Source: a bacterium (GTDB lineage Bacteria > JACRDZ01 > JAQUKH01). From it: a stretch of DNA of 64,000 nt. Shown in pieces: positions 20,981 to 30,652 of this stretch. The stretch covers positions 1 through 64,000 of the forward strand of contig JAQUKH010000005.1 in the NCBI GenBank assembly GCA_028719205.1, read 5' to 3'. A program made the translations under genes and the position numbers. The notes under the pieces were generated by a model, which saw only the letters and a list, made by a program, of their open reading frames with translations, made no database searches and was not told the origin of the DNA. Position 1 is the first letter of the stretch. The number at the start of each line of letters is the position of its first letter.

Positions 20981-21595
20981 TTACTCATTTTCTCTTAACG
21001 CTTTTATGGCTGACATTATATCATTTCCAATTTGCGAATAAGTTTCTTTTGACCCCTTTTGCGAAAAATAACTGTCAAAGTATACCGGTTTACCAAAAAT
21101 AACCTTAACTTTTTTCGGCCTCGGTAACCATGCGCCTTTAGGAAGCGCTTTATCTGTCCCTTTCACCAAAACGGGAACTACAGGGACTTTGCTATGATAA
21201 ACAATAAAACCTATCCCTGGTTTTGCCTCATGAATATCTCCGTCAAGGCTTCTAGTCCCCTCCGGAAATAATAACAGAACATCTCCGCCTCTTAAAACAT
21301 TTATAGAATTTTTAAGAGCCGCCATATCTAATGAGCCTCTTTTAACCGGAAAGGCCCAAAATTTTTTCATTAACCATCCCAGAACCGGAACATTAAACAA
21401 TTCTGCTTTTGCCATGGAATGCATACGGCGACTGCTTGCAGTAGGAATAATCATCGGGTCAAGGAAGCTGATATGATTAGACGCTAAAATCACCGGCCCT
21501 TTTTCAGGAAAATTCTTAATCCCTATTTTTTCCAATCCAAACAATATATGGGCTAATATATTAAAAACTATATGTACAAATTTATAATAAATCAA
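20981..21595 (-). CDS. plsC: 1-acyl-sn-glycerol-3-phosphate acyltransferase
   Basis: NHISFLD and FPEGTRS. Confidence 0.92.
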   Translation of the reverse strand: MIYYKFVHIVFNILAHILFGLEKIGIKNFPEKGPVILASNHISFLDPMIIPTASSRRMHSMAKAELFNVPVLGWLMKKFWAFPVKRGSLDMAALKNSINVLRGGDVLLLFPEGTRSLDGDIHEAKPGIGFIVYHSKVPVVPVLVKGTDKALPKGAWLPRPKKVKVIFGKPVYFDSYFSQKGSKETYSQIGNDIMSAIKALRENE

Positions 21596-22254
21596 GAATT
21601 TATTACCCTCAATGCCTCTTCCACCATTTCAGGGATATTTAAATTCGTTGTGTCAAGATAAACAGCATCATCAGCTATTTTCAGCGGCCCATATAATCTG
21701 GTTTTATCTTTTTTGTCTCTTTCAGCCAGTTCTTGTTCAATTTTCGAAGTTGTATATTCAAAGCCTTTTGCTTTGAATTCTTTAAATCTGCGATTAACCC
21801 GCTCGCTCAATTGCGCGTCAAGATATATTTTTTTATCTGCCTCAGGAAATACCACAGTCCCGATATCCCTGCCTTCCATAATAACCCTGTTCTCTTTCAC
21901 AAAACTTCTTTGCTTCTTTACCATCTCTTCCCTGACCTCTTTGATCTGGGCAACATAAAAAGTGTTTTCTGTCACTTCAGGGGTTCTTATTAGATCCGTT
22001 ACTTCATCTCCATTAATAAATATTTTAAGGTCTTTACCATTAGGCCTTAATATAATATCAACTTTTCGGGATAAATCTATTACCAAATCTTTATTGTTAA
22101 AATTAATACCAAGTTGCAGGATCTTCCATGTCAAAGAACGATACATTGCCCCTGTATCAATATACAACAATCCCAGTCTTTCCGCTAATAATTTGGCTAA
22201 CGTAGTTTTACCCGCGCCTGCCGGGCCATCAATGGCAATTACTGTACTTTTCAT
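21592..22254 (-). CDS. cmk: Cytidylate kinase
   Basis: IAIDGPAGAGKTT, DTGAMYR and MEGRDIGTVVFP. Confidence 0.97.
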   Translation of the reverse strand: MKSTVIAIDGPAGAGKTTLAKLLAERLGLLYIDTGAMYRSLTWKILQLGINFNNKDLVIDLSRKVDIILRPNGKDLKIFINGDEVTDLIRTPEVTENTFYVAQIKEVREEMVKKQRSFVKENRVIMEGRDIGTVVFPEADKKIYLDAQLSERVNRRFKEFKAKGFEYTTSKIEQELAERDKKDKTRLYGPLKIADDAVYLDTTNLNIPEMVEEALRVINS

Positions 22255-22278
22255 AATAAATTTATTTTATTGCATTAG

Positions 22279-22341
22279 ATTATATCATTTAGTAAATAAA
22301 AGTCAAGATTATTTGACAAATTTAAATAAATGATATAACAT
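22279..22341. promoter_or_regulatory. Back-to-back divergent sigma70-like promoters forming a palindrome (cmk / thiH)
   Basis: Minus strand TTGACT-16-TATAAT; plus strand TTGACA-17-TAACAT; inverted arms tatatcattta/taaatgatata. Confidence 0.55.
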
Positions 22342-22351
22342 CTGACAAATA

Positions 22352-23668
22352 ATGGCCATATCTTTATCAAAAATACTTAATAACTCACTTAAAGGAATAG
22401 TTCCAAATGAAGAGGAAATAAAGCTTCTTTTGGATATCGAAGATGAAGGATCTTTAAATGAACTGACTTTTATCTCAGGTAAAATAAAGGAGTTAATTTA
22501 CGGCAAAAGGATCGTTCTTTTCACTCCCCTTTATTTAAGCAATGAATGCCTTAATAATTGCCTTTATTGCGCTTTTCGACGCGATAATAAGGAAATACAA
22601 CGAAAAACACTTTCCACTGATGAAATAATTTTGCAGGCACAAACGCTTGAAAAAACCGGTTTTAAACGTGTCCTTCTTGTTGCCGCCGAACATCCAAAAA
22701 AATGTTCCCTTGATTATTTAATAAACGCCGTTAGGACAATTTACGAAAATACCGGTTTGCACATAGTGCATCTCAATGCCGCGCCATATTCAGAAGAGGA
22801 ATTTATAAAATTAAAAAGTTCCGGGATCGGTGTGTTCCAGCTTTTCCAGGAAACTTATCACCGCGAAACATATAAAATAATGCATCCCGGAGGTAAAAAA
22901 AATGATTTTGACTGGCGCAGGCTCGCGATGGATCGCGCTATTTCTGCCGGCATAAAAGATGTCGGAATAGGCGCTCTTTTGGGTTTATTTGATTACAAAT
23001 ACGAAATACTTGAACTTATACGCCACAGCCGCGAACTGGAGGCAAAATTTGGTTTCGGGCCTCACACTATCTCTGTACCGCGCCTGAGGCCGGCTCATGG
23101 CTCAGCATTACTAACTCCGCCATATCCTGTTTCTGACTTCGATTTCAGAAAAATTGTCGCGATACTCCGTTTGGCCGTACCTTATACCGGTATTGTTGTA
23201 ACTACAAGAGAACATTCTTTATTGCGGGATGAAATTATTTCTGCCGGCGCGTCACAGATCAGCGCGGGCTCTCATACGGAACCCGGTGGTTACAGTGAAA
23301 AAGGTTCCTCCCTCACCTCTGAAGACGGCCAATTTTCAACTGCCGATAAACGCACCCTTGAAGAAATTATCAAAATTATTATAGAAAAAAAACTTGTTCC
23401 CAGCCTTTGCACCTCCTGCTACCGCGCGGGACGAACCGGGGAAAATTTTGTAAACAAGGCAAAAAACGGTGAGATCCAGGGATATTGTCTCCCAAACGCG
23501 TTGTTGACACTTGAAGAGTACGCCTTGGATTTTGCCCCGGCCGGAACAAAACAAATAATAGATAAAATGATCAACGATAATATGAAAAATATCCCGGATA
23601 AATTATTTAACCAGTTTAATTTAAAACTAAAAAGAATAAAAAATGGTGAAAGAGACCTATATTTTTAG
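22352..23668 (+). CDS. Tyrosine lyase radical SAM, HydG-type sequence in the ThiH position of a thiamine cluster
   Basis: PLYLSNECLNNCLYC, FQETYH, GPHTISVPR and C-terminal CTSC-x22-C; immediately followed by thiS. Confidence 0.85.
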   Translation: MAISLSKILNNSLKGIVPNEEEIKLLLDIEDEGSLNELTFISGKIKELIYGKRIVLFTPLYLSNECLNNCLYCAFRRDNKEIQRKTLSTDEIILQAQTLEKTGFKRVLLVAAEHPKKCSLDYLINAVRTIYENTGLHIVHLNAAPYSEEEFIKLKSSGIGVFQLFQETYHRETYKIMHPGGKKNDFDWRRLAMDRAISAGIKDVGIGALLGLFDYKYEILELIRHSRELEAKFGFGPHTISVPRLRPAHGSALLTPPYPVSDFDFRKIVAILRLAVPYTGIVVTTREHSLLRDEIISAGASQISAGSHTEPGGYSEKGSSLTSEDGQFSTADKRTLEEIIKIIIEKKLVPSLCTSCYRAGRTGENFVNKAKNGEIQGYCLPNALLTLEEYALDFAPAGTKQIIDKMINDNMKNIPDKLFNQFNLKLKRIKNGERDLYF

Positions 23669-23676
23669 GGAGTTAA

Positions 23677-23877
23677 ATGAAAATAATTTTAAATGGTGAA
23701 GAAAAAGTAATAAGTGAAGGTAAAAACATTTTACAATTACTTGAGGAGTTTAAGCTTTCCCCAATGATGGTTGCCGTAGAACTTAACGAGAAAATAATCA
23801 AAAGGGAATATTTTAGTTCTACCGAAATAAAAAAAGATGACAAAATTGAAATTGTCCGTATGATGGGCGGGGGATAA
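23677..23877 (+). CDS. thiS: Sulfur carrier ThiS
   Basis: 66 aa with VAVELN and a C-terminal GG. Confidence 0.93.
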   Translation: MKIILNGEEKVISEGKNILQLLEEFKLSPMMVAVELNEKIIKREYFSSTEIKKDDKIEIVRMMGGG

Positions 23878-23884
23878 AAAAATA

Positions 23885-23932
23885 CAGGCTCCAGGATCTA
23901 ATGGGAAAAAATCCATTCATCCACGGAGCCTG
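23885..23932. terminator. Hairpin between convergent genes
   Basis: caggctcc...ggagcctg. Confidence 0.5.
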
Positions 23933-23959
23933 AAATTCTTATAACTATATCTTTAAAAA

Positions 23960-24406
23960 TTATTCAGCGGCTACTGTAGCGTTTTCAATAATTACCGCGT
24001 ATTTGTATCCGGATCCAAAATCTTTATCTGTAACAACTGTCCCGGTAACAACTATTTTATCCTCAACTTTAGCCTGTCCGTCTGTCGTTATAGTAATATC
24101 GTTTGTTCCTGCCGCGCCGGTACCATCCTGTAAATGTATCCAGTTTTTGCCCATGATACCCATATTAACTTTCACAACTTTTCCGTGCACAGTAATATTT
24201 TTGCCGTTAAGTTCACCTTTTTTAGCGAAAATATCAGCAACTTTTACTAACTCAGCGGGACCTGCCGCAGGCGCTGAAGCCGCTACTTGTGCTTCCTGGG
24301 TAACTGGTGCTTCCTCTGTTTTCTCAGCTTTCTTCTCTCCGCCCTTACATCCCGCGACCAATACCCCTGCGAAAATTACACTTAACACTGTTTTGAAGAT
24401 TTTCAT
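23960..24406 (-). CDS. OB-fold lipoprotein
   Basis: Lipobox VAGC, low-complexity linker, and GKVVK...IMGKNWIHLQDG...DFGSGYKY domain. Confidence 0.75.
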   Translation of the reverse strand: MKIFKTVLSVIFAGVLVAGCKGGEKKAEKTEEAPVTQEAQVAASAPAAGPAELVKVADIFAKKGELNGKNITVHGKVVKVNMGIMGKNWIHLQDGTGAAGTNDITITTDGQAKVEDKIVVTGTVVTDKDFGSGYKYAVIIENATVAAE

Positions 24407-24581
24407 GAAAATAACTCCTTATTTAAATTGTTAGAAAAATTTTGCTTTATTATAACAAAATTTAAAAAAAAAGAAAGAAAATAATTTTAAAAATTTTTTT
24501 TCTTTCTTTTCTATAATTTATCAAAGATTGCTGTATAATATTAAATGGAAAAAATAAGATATTATTCAAGGAGAAAAAGAA

Positions 24582-25361
24582 ATGTTGAAAAATGATTTTC
24601 TGGAAATCGGCGGGAAAAAATTCAAGTCACGGCTTTTAGTCGGTACCGGGAAATACCCGACTTTTAAAATAATGGCTGAAGCACTTGAGATATCAGGCGC
24701 GGAAATTGTTACTGTCGCGGTCCGCAGGGTAAATCTTACTGACAAATCCCAGGAATCACTGCTTGACTATATTGACACAAAAAAATATACGATCTTGCCG
24801 AATACCGCCGGATGTTTTAACGTTGAAGATGCAGTCCGCACCGCCCGTTTGGGCCGTGAAGTCGGATTATCCAATATGGTTAAACTCGAAGTTATAGGTG
24901 ACCCTAAGACACTTTTCCCCGATACAGCGGGTTTGATCGAGGCTACAAAAATCCTTGTCAAGGAAGGTTTCATAGTTATGCCCTATACTAATGACGATAT
25001 TATCGCCGCGCGTAAATTAGTCGACGCGGGTGCCGCCTGCATTATGCCTTTAGCCGCGCCTATCGGTTCAGGACAGGGAATCCTGAACCGCAATAATATT
25101 ATGATAATCCGGGAACTTATTAAGATCCCGATCATTGTTGATGCCGGAGTTGGTACCGCGTCAGATGCCGCCATCACTATGGAATTAGGCGTAGACGGGG
25201 TTTTAATGAATACCGCGATTGCCGGCGCGAAAGATCCGGTCCTGATGGCCGAGGCGATGAAACAAGCCGTAGAAGCTGGGCATAAGGCATTTATGGCAGG
25301 AAGAATACCTAAAAAACTTTACGCGAACGCGTCCAGTCCAATGGATGGAAAAATAAACTAA
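24582..25361 (+). CDS. thiG: Thiazole synthase
   Basis: [30 protein letters not shown] and [10 protein letters not shown]. Confidence 0.97.
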   Translation: MLKNDFLEIGGKKFKSRLLVGTGKYPTFKIMAEALEISGAEIVTVAVRRVNLTDKSQESLLDYIDTKKYTILPNTAGCFNVEDAVRTARLGREVGLSNMVKLEVIGDPKTLFPDTAGLIEATKILVKEGFIVMPYTNDDIIAARKLVDAGAACIMPLAAPIGSGQGILNRNNIMIIRELIKIPIIVDAGVGTASDAAITMELGVDGVLMNTAIAGAKDPVLMAEAMKQAVEAGHKAFMAGRIPKKLYANASSPMDGKIN

Positions 25362-25996
25362 TGTTTTCAAAAAATTATTTTTTAAAATCTAGGCTCTGTC
25401 TGGTTACAGACAGAAATCTATCAAAATATCCGTTAATTAATGCAATAGAAGAAGCTGTCAGCTCCGGCATTGATATGGTACAATTGCGCGAAAAAGATAT
25501 GCAGACAAAAGAATATTTTGAACTTGCGCGCCAGATAAAAATTATTTGTAAAAAATATTCAGCCCTTTTTATTATTAACGACCGTATTGATATAGCCCTG
25601 GCCGTTGAGGCGGACGGCGTTCATCTCGGCTGGAAATCTTTACCTTTTCATATCGCGAGACACCTTTTAGGCAAAGAAAAGATCATTGGGCTTTCCGCGC
25701 ATTCCAAGGATGAGGCTGTCGCGGCGCAGGAAAAGGGCGCGGACTATATTACTCTTGGCCCTGTATTCCCTACTGCTTCAAAAAATGGATTAATTGAACC
25801 GCTCGGCTGTAATATTTTTTCTGATATTAGAAAATCTGTTCGTTTGCCGGTATTCGCGATAGGCGGCATAAAAGAAAATAATATTGGAGAAATAATCAAG
25901 GCTGGTGCTAACGGTATAGCGGTAATTTCGGCGATTTTACAGGCAGACAATATTAAAGAAACAGTAAAAAGATTAACTCCCCCAGGGGGCGTTTAA
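25361..25996 (+). CDS. thiE: Thiamine-phosphate synthase
   Basis: VQLREK, IINDRID, DGVHLG and GPVFPTASK. Confidence 0.95.
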   Translation: MFSKNYFLKSRLCLVTDRNLSKYPLINAIEEAVSSGIDMVQLREKDMQTKEYFELARQIKIICKKYSALFIINDRIDIALAVEADGVHLGWKSLPFHIARHLLGKEKIIGLSAHSKDEAVAAQEKGADYITLGPVFPTASKNGLIEPLGCNIFSDIRKSVRLPVFAIGGIKENNIGEIIKAGANGIAVISAILQADNIKETVKRLTPPGGV

Positions 25997-26006
25997 AATA
26001 TTCACA

Positions 26007-27368
26007 ATGAAACAAAAAAACATTCTCCCAGTTGTTTTAACCATCGCAGGCTCTGATCCCAGCGGCGGCGCGGGTATTCAGGCTGACCTGAAAACATTTA
26101 CCGCGCTGGGAGTTTATGGAATGAGCGTTATTACGGCTATAACTTCACAAAACACCCGGAAAGTAAACTCGGTTTATCCCCTTCCCGCGAAAATAGTCAG
26201 GGATCAGCTTGAGGCAGTTATGTCCGATATTAAACCGGATTTTATTAAGATCGGCATGCTTTCTAACATTGAGATCATAGAGGCGGTCACAAATATACTG
26301 AAAAAATATAAATTTAAAAATGTTATTCTTGACCCGGTAATGGCCTCCAAAAACGGAGACTGCCTTTTGGAAAAAAAGGCCTTTAATATCCTTAAAGAAA
26401 AATTGATACCGCTGACTTTTTTAATTACTCCCAATATTATTGAAGCTGAGATCCTTACCGGTATAAAAATAACCGGGTTCGAATCAATAATAAAAACTGC
26501 TGAAAAATTAGTAAAGATGGGCTCAAAAAATGCCCTCATTAAAGGCGGCCATTTAAAAGATGATAATTGTAAGGATTTATTATTAACCGGAAATAAATAT
26601 GTTATTTTGTCCCGCCGGAGAATTAATACAAAAAACACACACGGAACAGGATGCACTTACAGCTCAGCTATCTCGAGTTTCCTGGCTAAGGGAGAAAAAC
26701 TGGAGATCGCGGTCCAAAAGGCCCGGGATTATCTGCACCTTGCGATAAGAAATTCTATTACGTTAGGAAAAGGCAATGGCCCTGTTAATCATCTCGCGCT
26801 ATTACAAAGACAGGAAGAAATTTCATTAATTCGGGAAGAAATGAAGAACGCGGTCATAAAATTAAATAATTCTAAAATAGCCGGATTGATCCCGGAAGTT
26901 CAATCGAACTTTGCCTATGCTTTAAAAAACGCGGATAATTTAAACGAAGTTTTTGGCTTTCCCGGACGGATCATCCGTTTTAAAGAAGAAATACAATACC
27001 TCGCCGAACCGGATTTAGGCGCGTCAAAACATATGGGTAAGGTCGTCCTGACAGCAATGAGGTATAACCCTTCTTACCGGGCTGCCATGAATATAAAATT
27101 TTCAGATGAAATAATCGGTATTTGCAGAAACGTAAAATTCAAGATAGCGGAGTTTGACCGCAATAAAGAACCTTTGATAATAAAAAATAAGGAAGGCCAG
27201 ACTCTCGAATGGGGAACAGATATCGCTATTAAAAGATCAAAAACAGTTCCTGACATTATTTTTGACCGCGGCGCGAACGGCAAAGAACCGATGATCCGCG
27301 TGCTTGGGAAAGATCCGGATGATGTCGCGAATAAAATTATAAAAATCATTAAACAGGAGCAATCATAA
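26007..27368 (+). CDS. thiD: Bifunctional HMP/HMP-P kinase with C-terminal ThiN domain (ThiDN)
   Basis: IAGSDPSGGAGIQADLKT and HGTGC; C-terminal LIPEVQSN...PGRI...GASKH...GKEPMIRVLG. Confidence 0.92.
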   Translation: MKQKNILPVVLTIAGSDPSGGAGIQADLKTFTALGVYGMSVITAITSQNTRKVNSVYPLPAKIVRDQLEAVMSDIKPDFIKIGMLSNIEIIEAVTNILKKYKFKNVILDPVMASKNGDCLLEKKAFNILKEKLIPLTFLITPNIIEAEILTGIKITGFESIIKTAEKLVKMGSKNALIKGGHLKDDNCKDLLLTGNKYVILSRRRINTKNTHGTGCTYSSAISSFLAKGEKLEIAVQKARDYLHLAIRNSITLGKGNGPVNHLALLQRQEEISLIREEMKNAVIKLNNSKIAGLIPEVQSNFAYALKNADNLNEVFGFPGRIIRFKEEIQYLAEPDLGASKHMGKVVLTAMRYNPSYRAAMNIKFSDEIIGICRNVKFKIAEFDRNKEPLIIKNKEGQTLEWGTDIAIKRSKTVPDIIFDRGANGKEPMIRVLGKDPDDVANKIIKIIKQEQS

Positions 27369-28634
27369 ATGACTTTAAGAGAAAAAGCTATTAATAAAAT
27401 AATTACACAGGAAATGATAAAACTTTCTAAGATCGAAAAAAGAAATCCTGAGGAATTGCGCAAAAAGATCGCTGAAGGCAAAATCGCGGTTCCGCGTAAC
27501 CGGAAACGAAAAACAAAGATCTGCGGTATCGGCGAAGGGTTACGCACAAAGGTTAATGCCAACATAGGCACTTCACCGCTTGCTTCTAACCTGAAGATCG
27601 AAATAAAAAAACTGGAAACAGCGATTCGGGCCGGGACCGATACGATCATGGACCTAAGCTGCGGCGGGAATGTGGATAAAATAAGAAAAGAATTAATTTC
27701 AAGATGCCCGATCCCGTTTGGAACAGTTCCAATCTATCAGGCCGCACAGGAAACTACAAAAAAAGGGAAAAAAATTACTGAGATACCCGTAGAATTATTT
27801 TTTGAAGTAATAGAAAAACAGGCTGAAGACGGCGTGGATTTTATGACCATACACTGCGGTGTAACCCGGCACGTCCTTGAAAAACTGGCTTCGAAAAAAC
27901 GGATCACGGGAATCGTAAGCCGCGGCGGCGCGATCATGGCTTCCTGGATGAAACAAAATAAAAAAGAAAATCCATTTTTTGAAAATTATGACCGTTTATT
28001 AAAGATCACAAAAAAATATGACCTTACCTTGAGCCTGGGCGACGGATTAAGGCCCGGATGCCTCGCCGACGCTACTGATCCCGGACAGATCGAGGAATTA
28101 AAAACACTGGGCAAACTCTGCAAGAAAGCTTGGAGTGAAGGAATTCAGGTCATTATCGAAGGGCCCGGACATGTTCCTATCGATCAGATCAAAAAAAATG
28201 TGGAATTAGAAAAGAAATATACTAACGGCGCCCCTTTTTATTGCCTAGGGCCTTTAGTCACGGATATCGCTCCCGGTTATGACCATATTACCTCGGCCAT
28301 CGGAGCCGCGCTTGCCGCGAGTTATGGCGTGGATTTTATTTGTTATGTTACTCCCGCTGAACATTTAAAATTACCATCGATAAATGATGTAAAAGAAGGC
28401 GTGATTGCGAGCCGTATCGCGGGACACGCCGCTGATATCGCGAAACGTGTTCCGTTCGCTTTAGAATGGGATAAAAAAATGGCGCGCGCGCGAAAAAACC
28501 TTTCATGGAAAGACCAAATGAGGCTGGCTATCGATCCGGAAAAGGCTAAATTACTTCATTCGTTATCTCAGGGAACAAATGGGGAAGAATGCTCAATGTG
28601 CGGAGAATTTTGCGCGATGAAGGTAAAAATATAA
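27369..28634 (+). CDS. thiC: Phosphomethylpyrimidine synthase
   Basis: KVNANIGTS, IVSRGG, LSLGDGLRPG, EGPGHVP and CSMCGEFC. Confidence 0.97.
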   Translation: MTLREKAINKIITQEMIKLSKIEKRNPEELRKKIAEGKIAVPRNRKRKTKICGIGEGLRTKVNANIGTSPLASNLKIEIKKLETAIRAGTDTIMDLSCGGNVDKIRKELISRCPIPFGTVPIYQAAQETTKKGKKITEIPVELFFEVIEKQAEDGVDFMTIHCGVTRHVLEKLASKKRITGIVSRGGAIMASWMKQNKKENPFFENYDRLLKITKKYDLTLSLGDGLRPGCLADATDPGQIEELKTLGKLCKKAWSEGIQVIIEGPGHVPIDQIKKNVELEKKYTNGAPFYCLGPLVTDIAPGYDHITSAIGAALAASYGVDFICYVTPAEHLKLPSINDVKEGVIASRIAGHAADIAKRVPFALEWDKKMARARKNLSWKDQMRLAIDPEKAKLLHSLSQGTNGEECSMCGEFCAMKVKI

Positions 28635-28647
28635 AGTGATCCTGAAT

Positions 28648-29721
28648 TTATTCAGGCGTAACTGAAAGAAGATCAGGATAACACTCAAGGCCGGCCCGAG
28701 CGACAGTTTTAATTAAAATATCTTTTGGCTTGTAACGTTCTTTTCTATATATAACAAATTCCGCTTCGTCATTTTCAGGAGTACCGTCATGCAATGTTAC
28801 GGCATTAGCCCCTGCCATTAATCCTAAATATTGCCCGTCTTTAATAAGTAATTCCAAAGAACTGGTGGAGGGAATAAGCATATTCGGGCACAGAATTCTC
28901 AATATCGCCATGGAATTAAGCGCCGTCAAAATATCGCCCGGCGGGCAATTCGCGTAATTTGACATATCATTTGGAATAAATACAGAAGTACTGCCCATAG
29001 GAATATCCAATTTTTTCATCAGCAAAAGGTCATCGGCCATGCTATCCGTTGTCTGTCCCGGCAAACCCGTGATATTACCGGAACTTACCTGGAAACCAAA
29101 CTTTTTCAACATTTCTATATGAGCTAATCTATTTTCAAAACTATCAGAAGGTTTTATCTTTTTATAAAGTTTTGGGTCCGATGTTTCAAATTTAAGCAAA
29201 TATCTTTCGACACCGGCCTCTTTCAACTTTTTGTATTTATCCGCGGACAGGTTCCCAAAACTGCAGATAAAAGTCAGATCCAAATATTTAGCCTTCACTT
29301 CTTTGAGTAATTTATACAGCCTTTGGAAGTAAATATCCGCAGATATCTCTCCCGCCTGGATCATTATCACTCTGCGCCCGTTGCAATAAAGTTTTTCAAT
29401 CTCTCTTAATAATTCACTGTCGCTTAAAATATACCTTTTTATACTCGAATATTTATTCATACCGCAATAATTACATGCCTGCTCGCATATATTTGAATAT
29501 TCAATAACGCTTCGGACTTCAACTTTTTTCCCAAAGACTTCATCCCTTATTTTTCGCGCGTATTCAAATAAACCTTCCTGCTCACCGCCGCGGAATAGCA
29601 AAGCTTTTACAATATTCGTTTTTTTATTAAGATCATTAAATATATTCTTTTCTGATCGCATTATGTCCTTGACTAAATTTCCGAATTTAAGTATATTCGA
29701 TCGGAATGTTTGATTATACAA
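28648..29721 (-). CDS. Radical SAM protein of the BioB/HydE/PylB (BATS) family
   Basis: VIEYSNICEQACNYCG, RYLLKFETSD, GNITGLPGQT and AGANAV. Confidence 0.8.
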   Translation of the reverse strand: MYNQTFRSNILKFGNLVKDIMRSEKNIFNDLNKKTNIVKALLFRGGEQEGLFEYARKIRDEVFGKKVEVRSVIEYSNICEQACNYCGMNKYSSIKRYILSDSELLREIEKLYCNGRRVIMIQAGEISADIYFQRLYKLLKEVKAKYLDLTFICSFGNLSADKYKKLKEAGVERYLLKFETSDPKLYKKIKPSDSFENRLAHIEMLKKFGFQVSSGNITGLPGQTTDSMADDLLLMKKLDIPMGSTSVFIPNDMSNYANCPPGDILTALNSMAILRILCPNMLIPSTSSLELLIKDGQYLGLMAGANAVTLHDGTPENDEAEFVIYRKERYKPKDILIKTVARAGLECYPDLLSVTPE

Positions 29722-29749
29722 TAAATTTATATTAATTTATTTTTTTATT

Positions 29750-30646
29750 ATGATGCAATCTCATTTAATTTATGGAATGCTTGGGGGGCTAGCCGCTTTA
29801 GGTTCAGCCGTCGCGTGGGCCTTCGGTTCGATCTTATTCGAAAAACTCGGGAACGATGTTTCTCCGCTCGGCATGAACCTTGGGAAAGGAATAATAGGTA
29901 TTTTGTATCTTGGAATACTTCTTTTGCTGATCGGCATGGAACCGATAAACAACCGTGATTTTTTATTTCTTGCGCTAAGCGGCTTATTAGGAATTGCACT
30001 TGGAGACACCTTTTTTTTCAAAGCCTTAATGCATTTAGGCCCGCGCTTAACGATCCTCCTGGAAACTCTGGGCCCCGTACTCACGGTTATTATGGCAGTC
30101 CTTTTTTTACATGAAAGGCCGTCTTCTCTTGCATGGACGGGAAGCATATTTACGATCGCAGGAGTTACATGGGTACTTTTTGAATCCGCTCCTATGGAAA
30201 AACTAAAAGAAAACTGGATATCCGGAGTCAAATACGCGCTGTTATCTTCTTTCTGCATGTCACTGGGAATAATTTTCGCAAAAATAGGCGTATCATCAAC
30301 TTCCGCGCTGCAAGGTACATTAATCCGGTTTTTGTTCAGTGTTATCGGCCTTACGCTCTGGGGAACAGCAACCAGAGAAATCAAGAACTGGCTTCTGCCT
30401 TTTAAAAATATCCGGTCGTTAAAACTGCTTCTTCTTACGGTTTTCATCGCGGTTTTCGGAGGTTTCTGGCTTTTTCTTGTCGCCCTTAAATATATTGATG
30501 CCTCTATCGCCACGATACTTAATTCAACCACCCCGTTATTTATCCTTCCGATGGTTGTATTTATATCAAAAGAAAAAATATCTCCCAGGGCGATCATAGG
30601 AGCAGTTATCGCAATAGCGGGGATCGGATTAATATTTGTCGGATAG
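29750..30646 (+). CDS. DMT/EamA family transporter
   Basis: About 10 TM helices in two EamA repeats; SGLLGIALGDTFFF and KEKISPRAIIG. Confidence 0.9.
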   Translation: MMQSHLIYGMLGGLAALGSAVAWAFGSILFEKLGNDVSPLGMNLGKGIIGILYLGILLLLIGMEPINNRDFLFLALSGLLGIALGDTFFFKALMHLGPRLTILLETLGPVLTVIMAVLFLHERPSSLAWTGSIFTIAGVTWVLFESAPMEKLKENWISGVKYALLSSFCMSLGIIFAKIGVSSTSALQGTLIRFLFSVIGLTLWGTATREIKNWLLPFKNIRSLKLLLLTVFIAVFGGFWLFLVALKYIDASIATILNSTTPLFILPMVVFISKEKISPRAIIGAVIAIAGIGLIFVG

Positions 30647-30652
30647 GATCAA

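Noticed and set aside
22255..24581. TPP riboswitch for the thiamine genes
   Set aside because: No conserved aptamer sequence is visible in either upstream region.
29770..30597. 275-aa minus-strand ORF
   Set aside because: Antisense to the clear EamA transporter gene, with no recognisable motifs.
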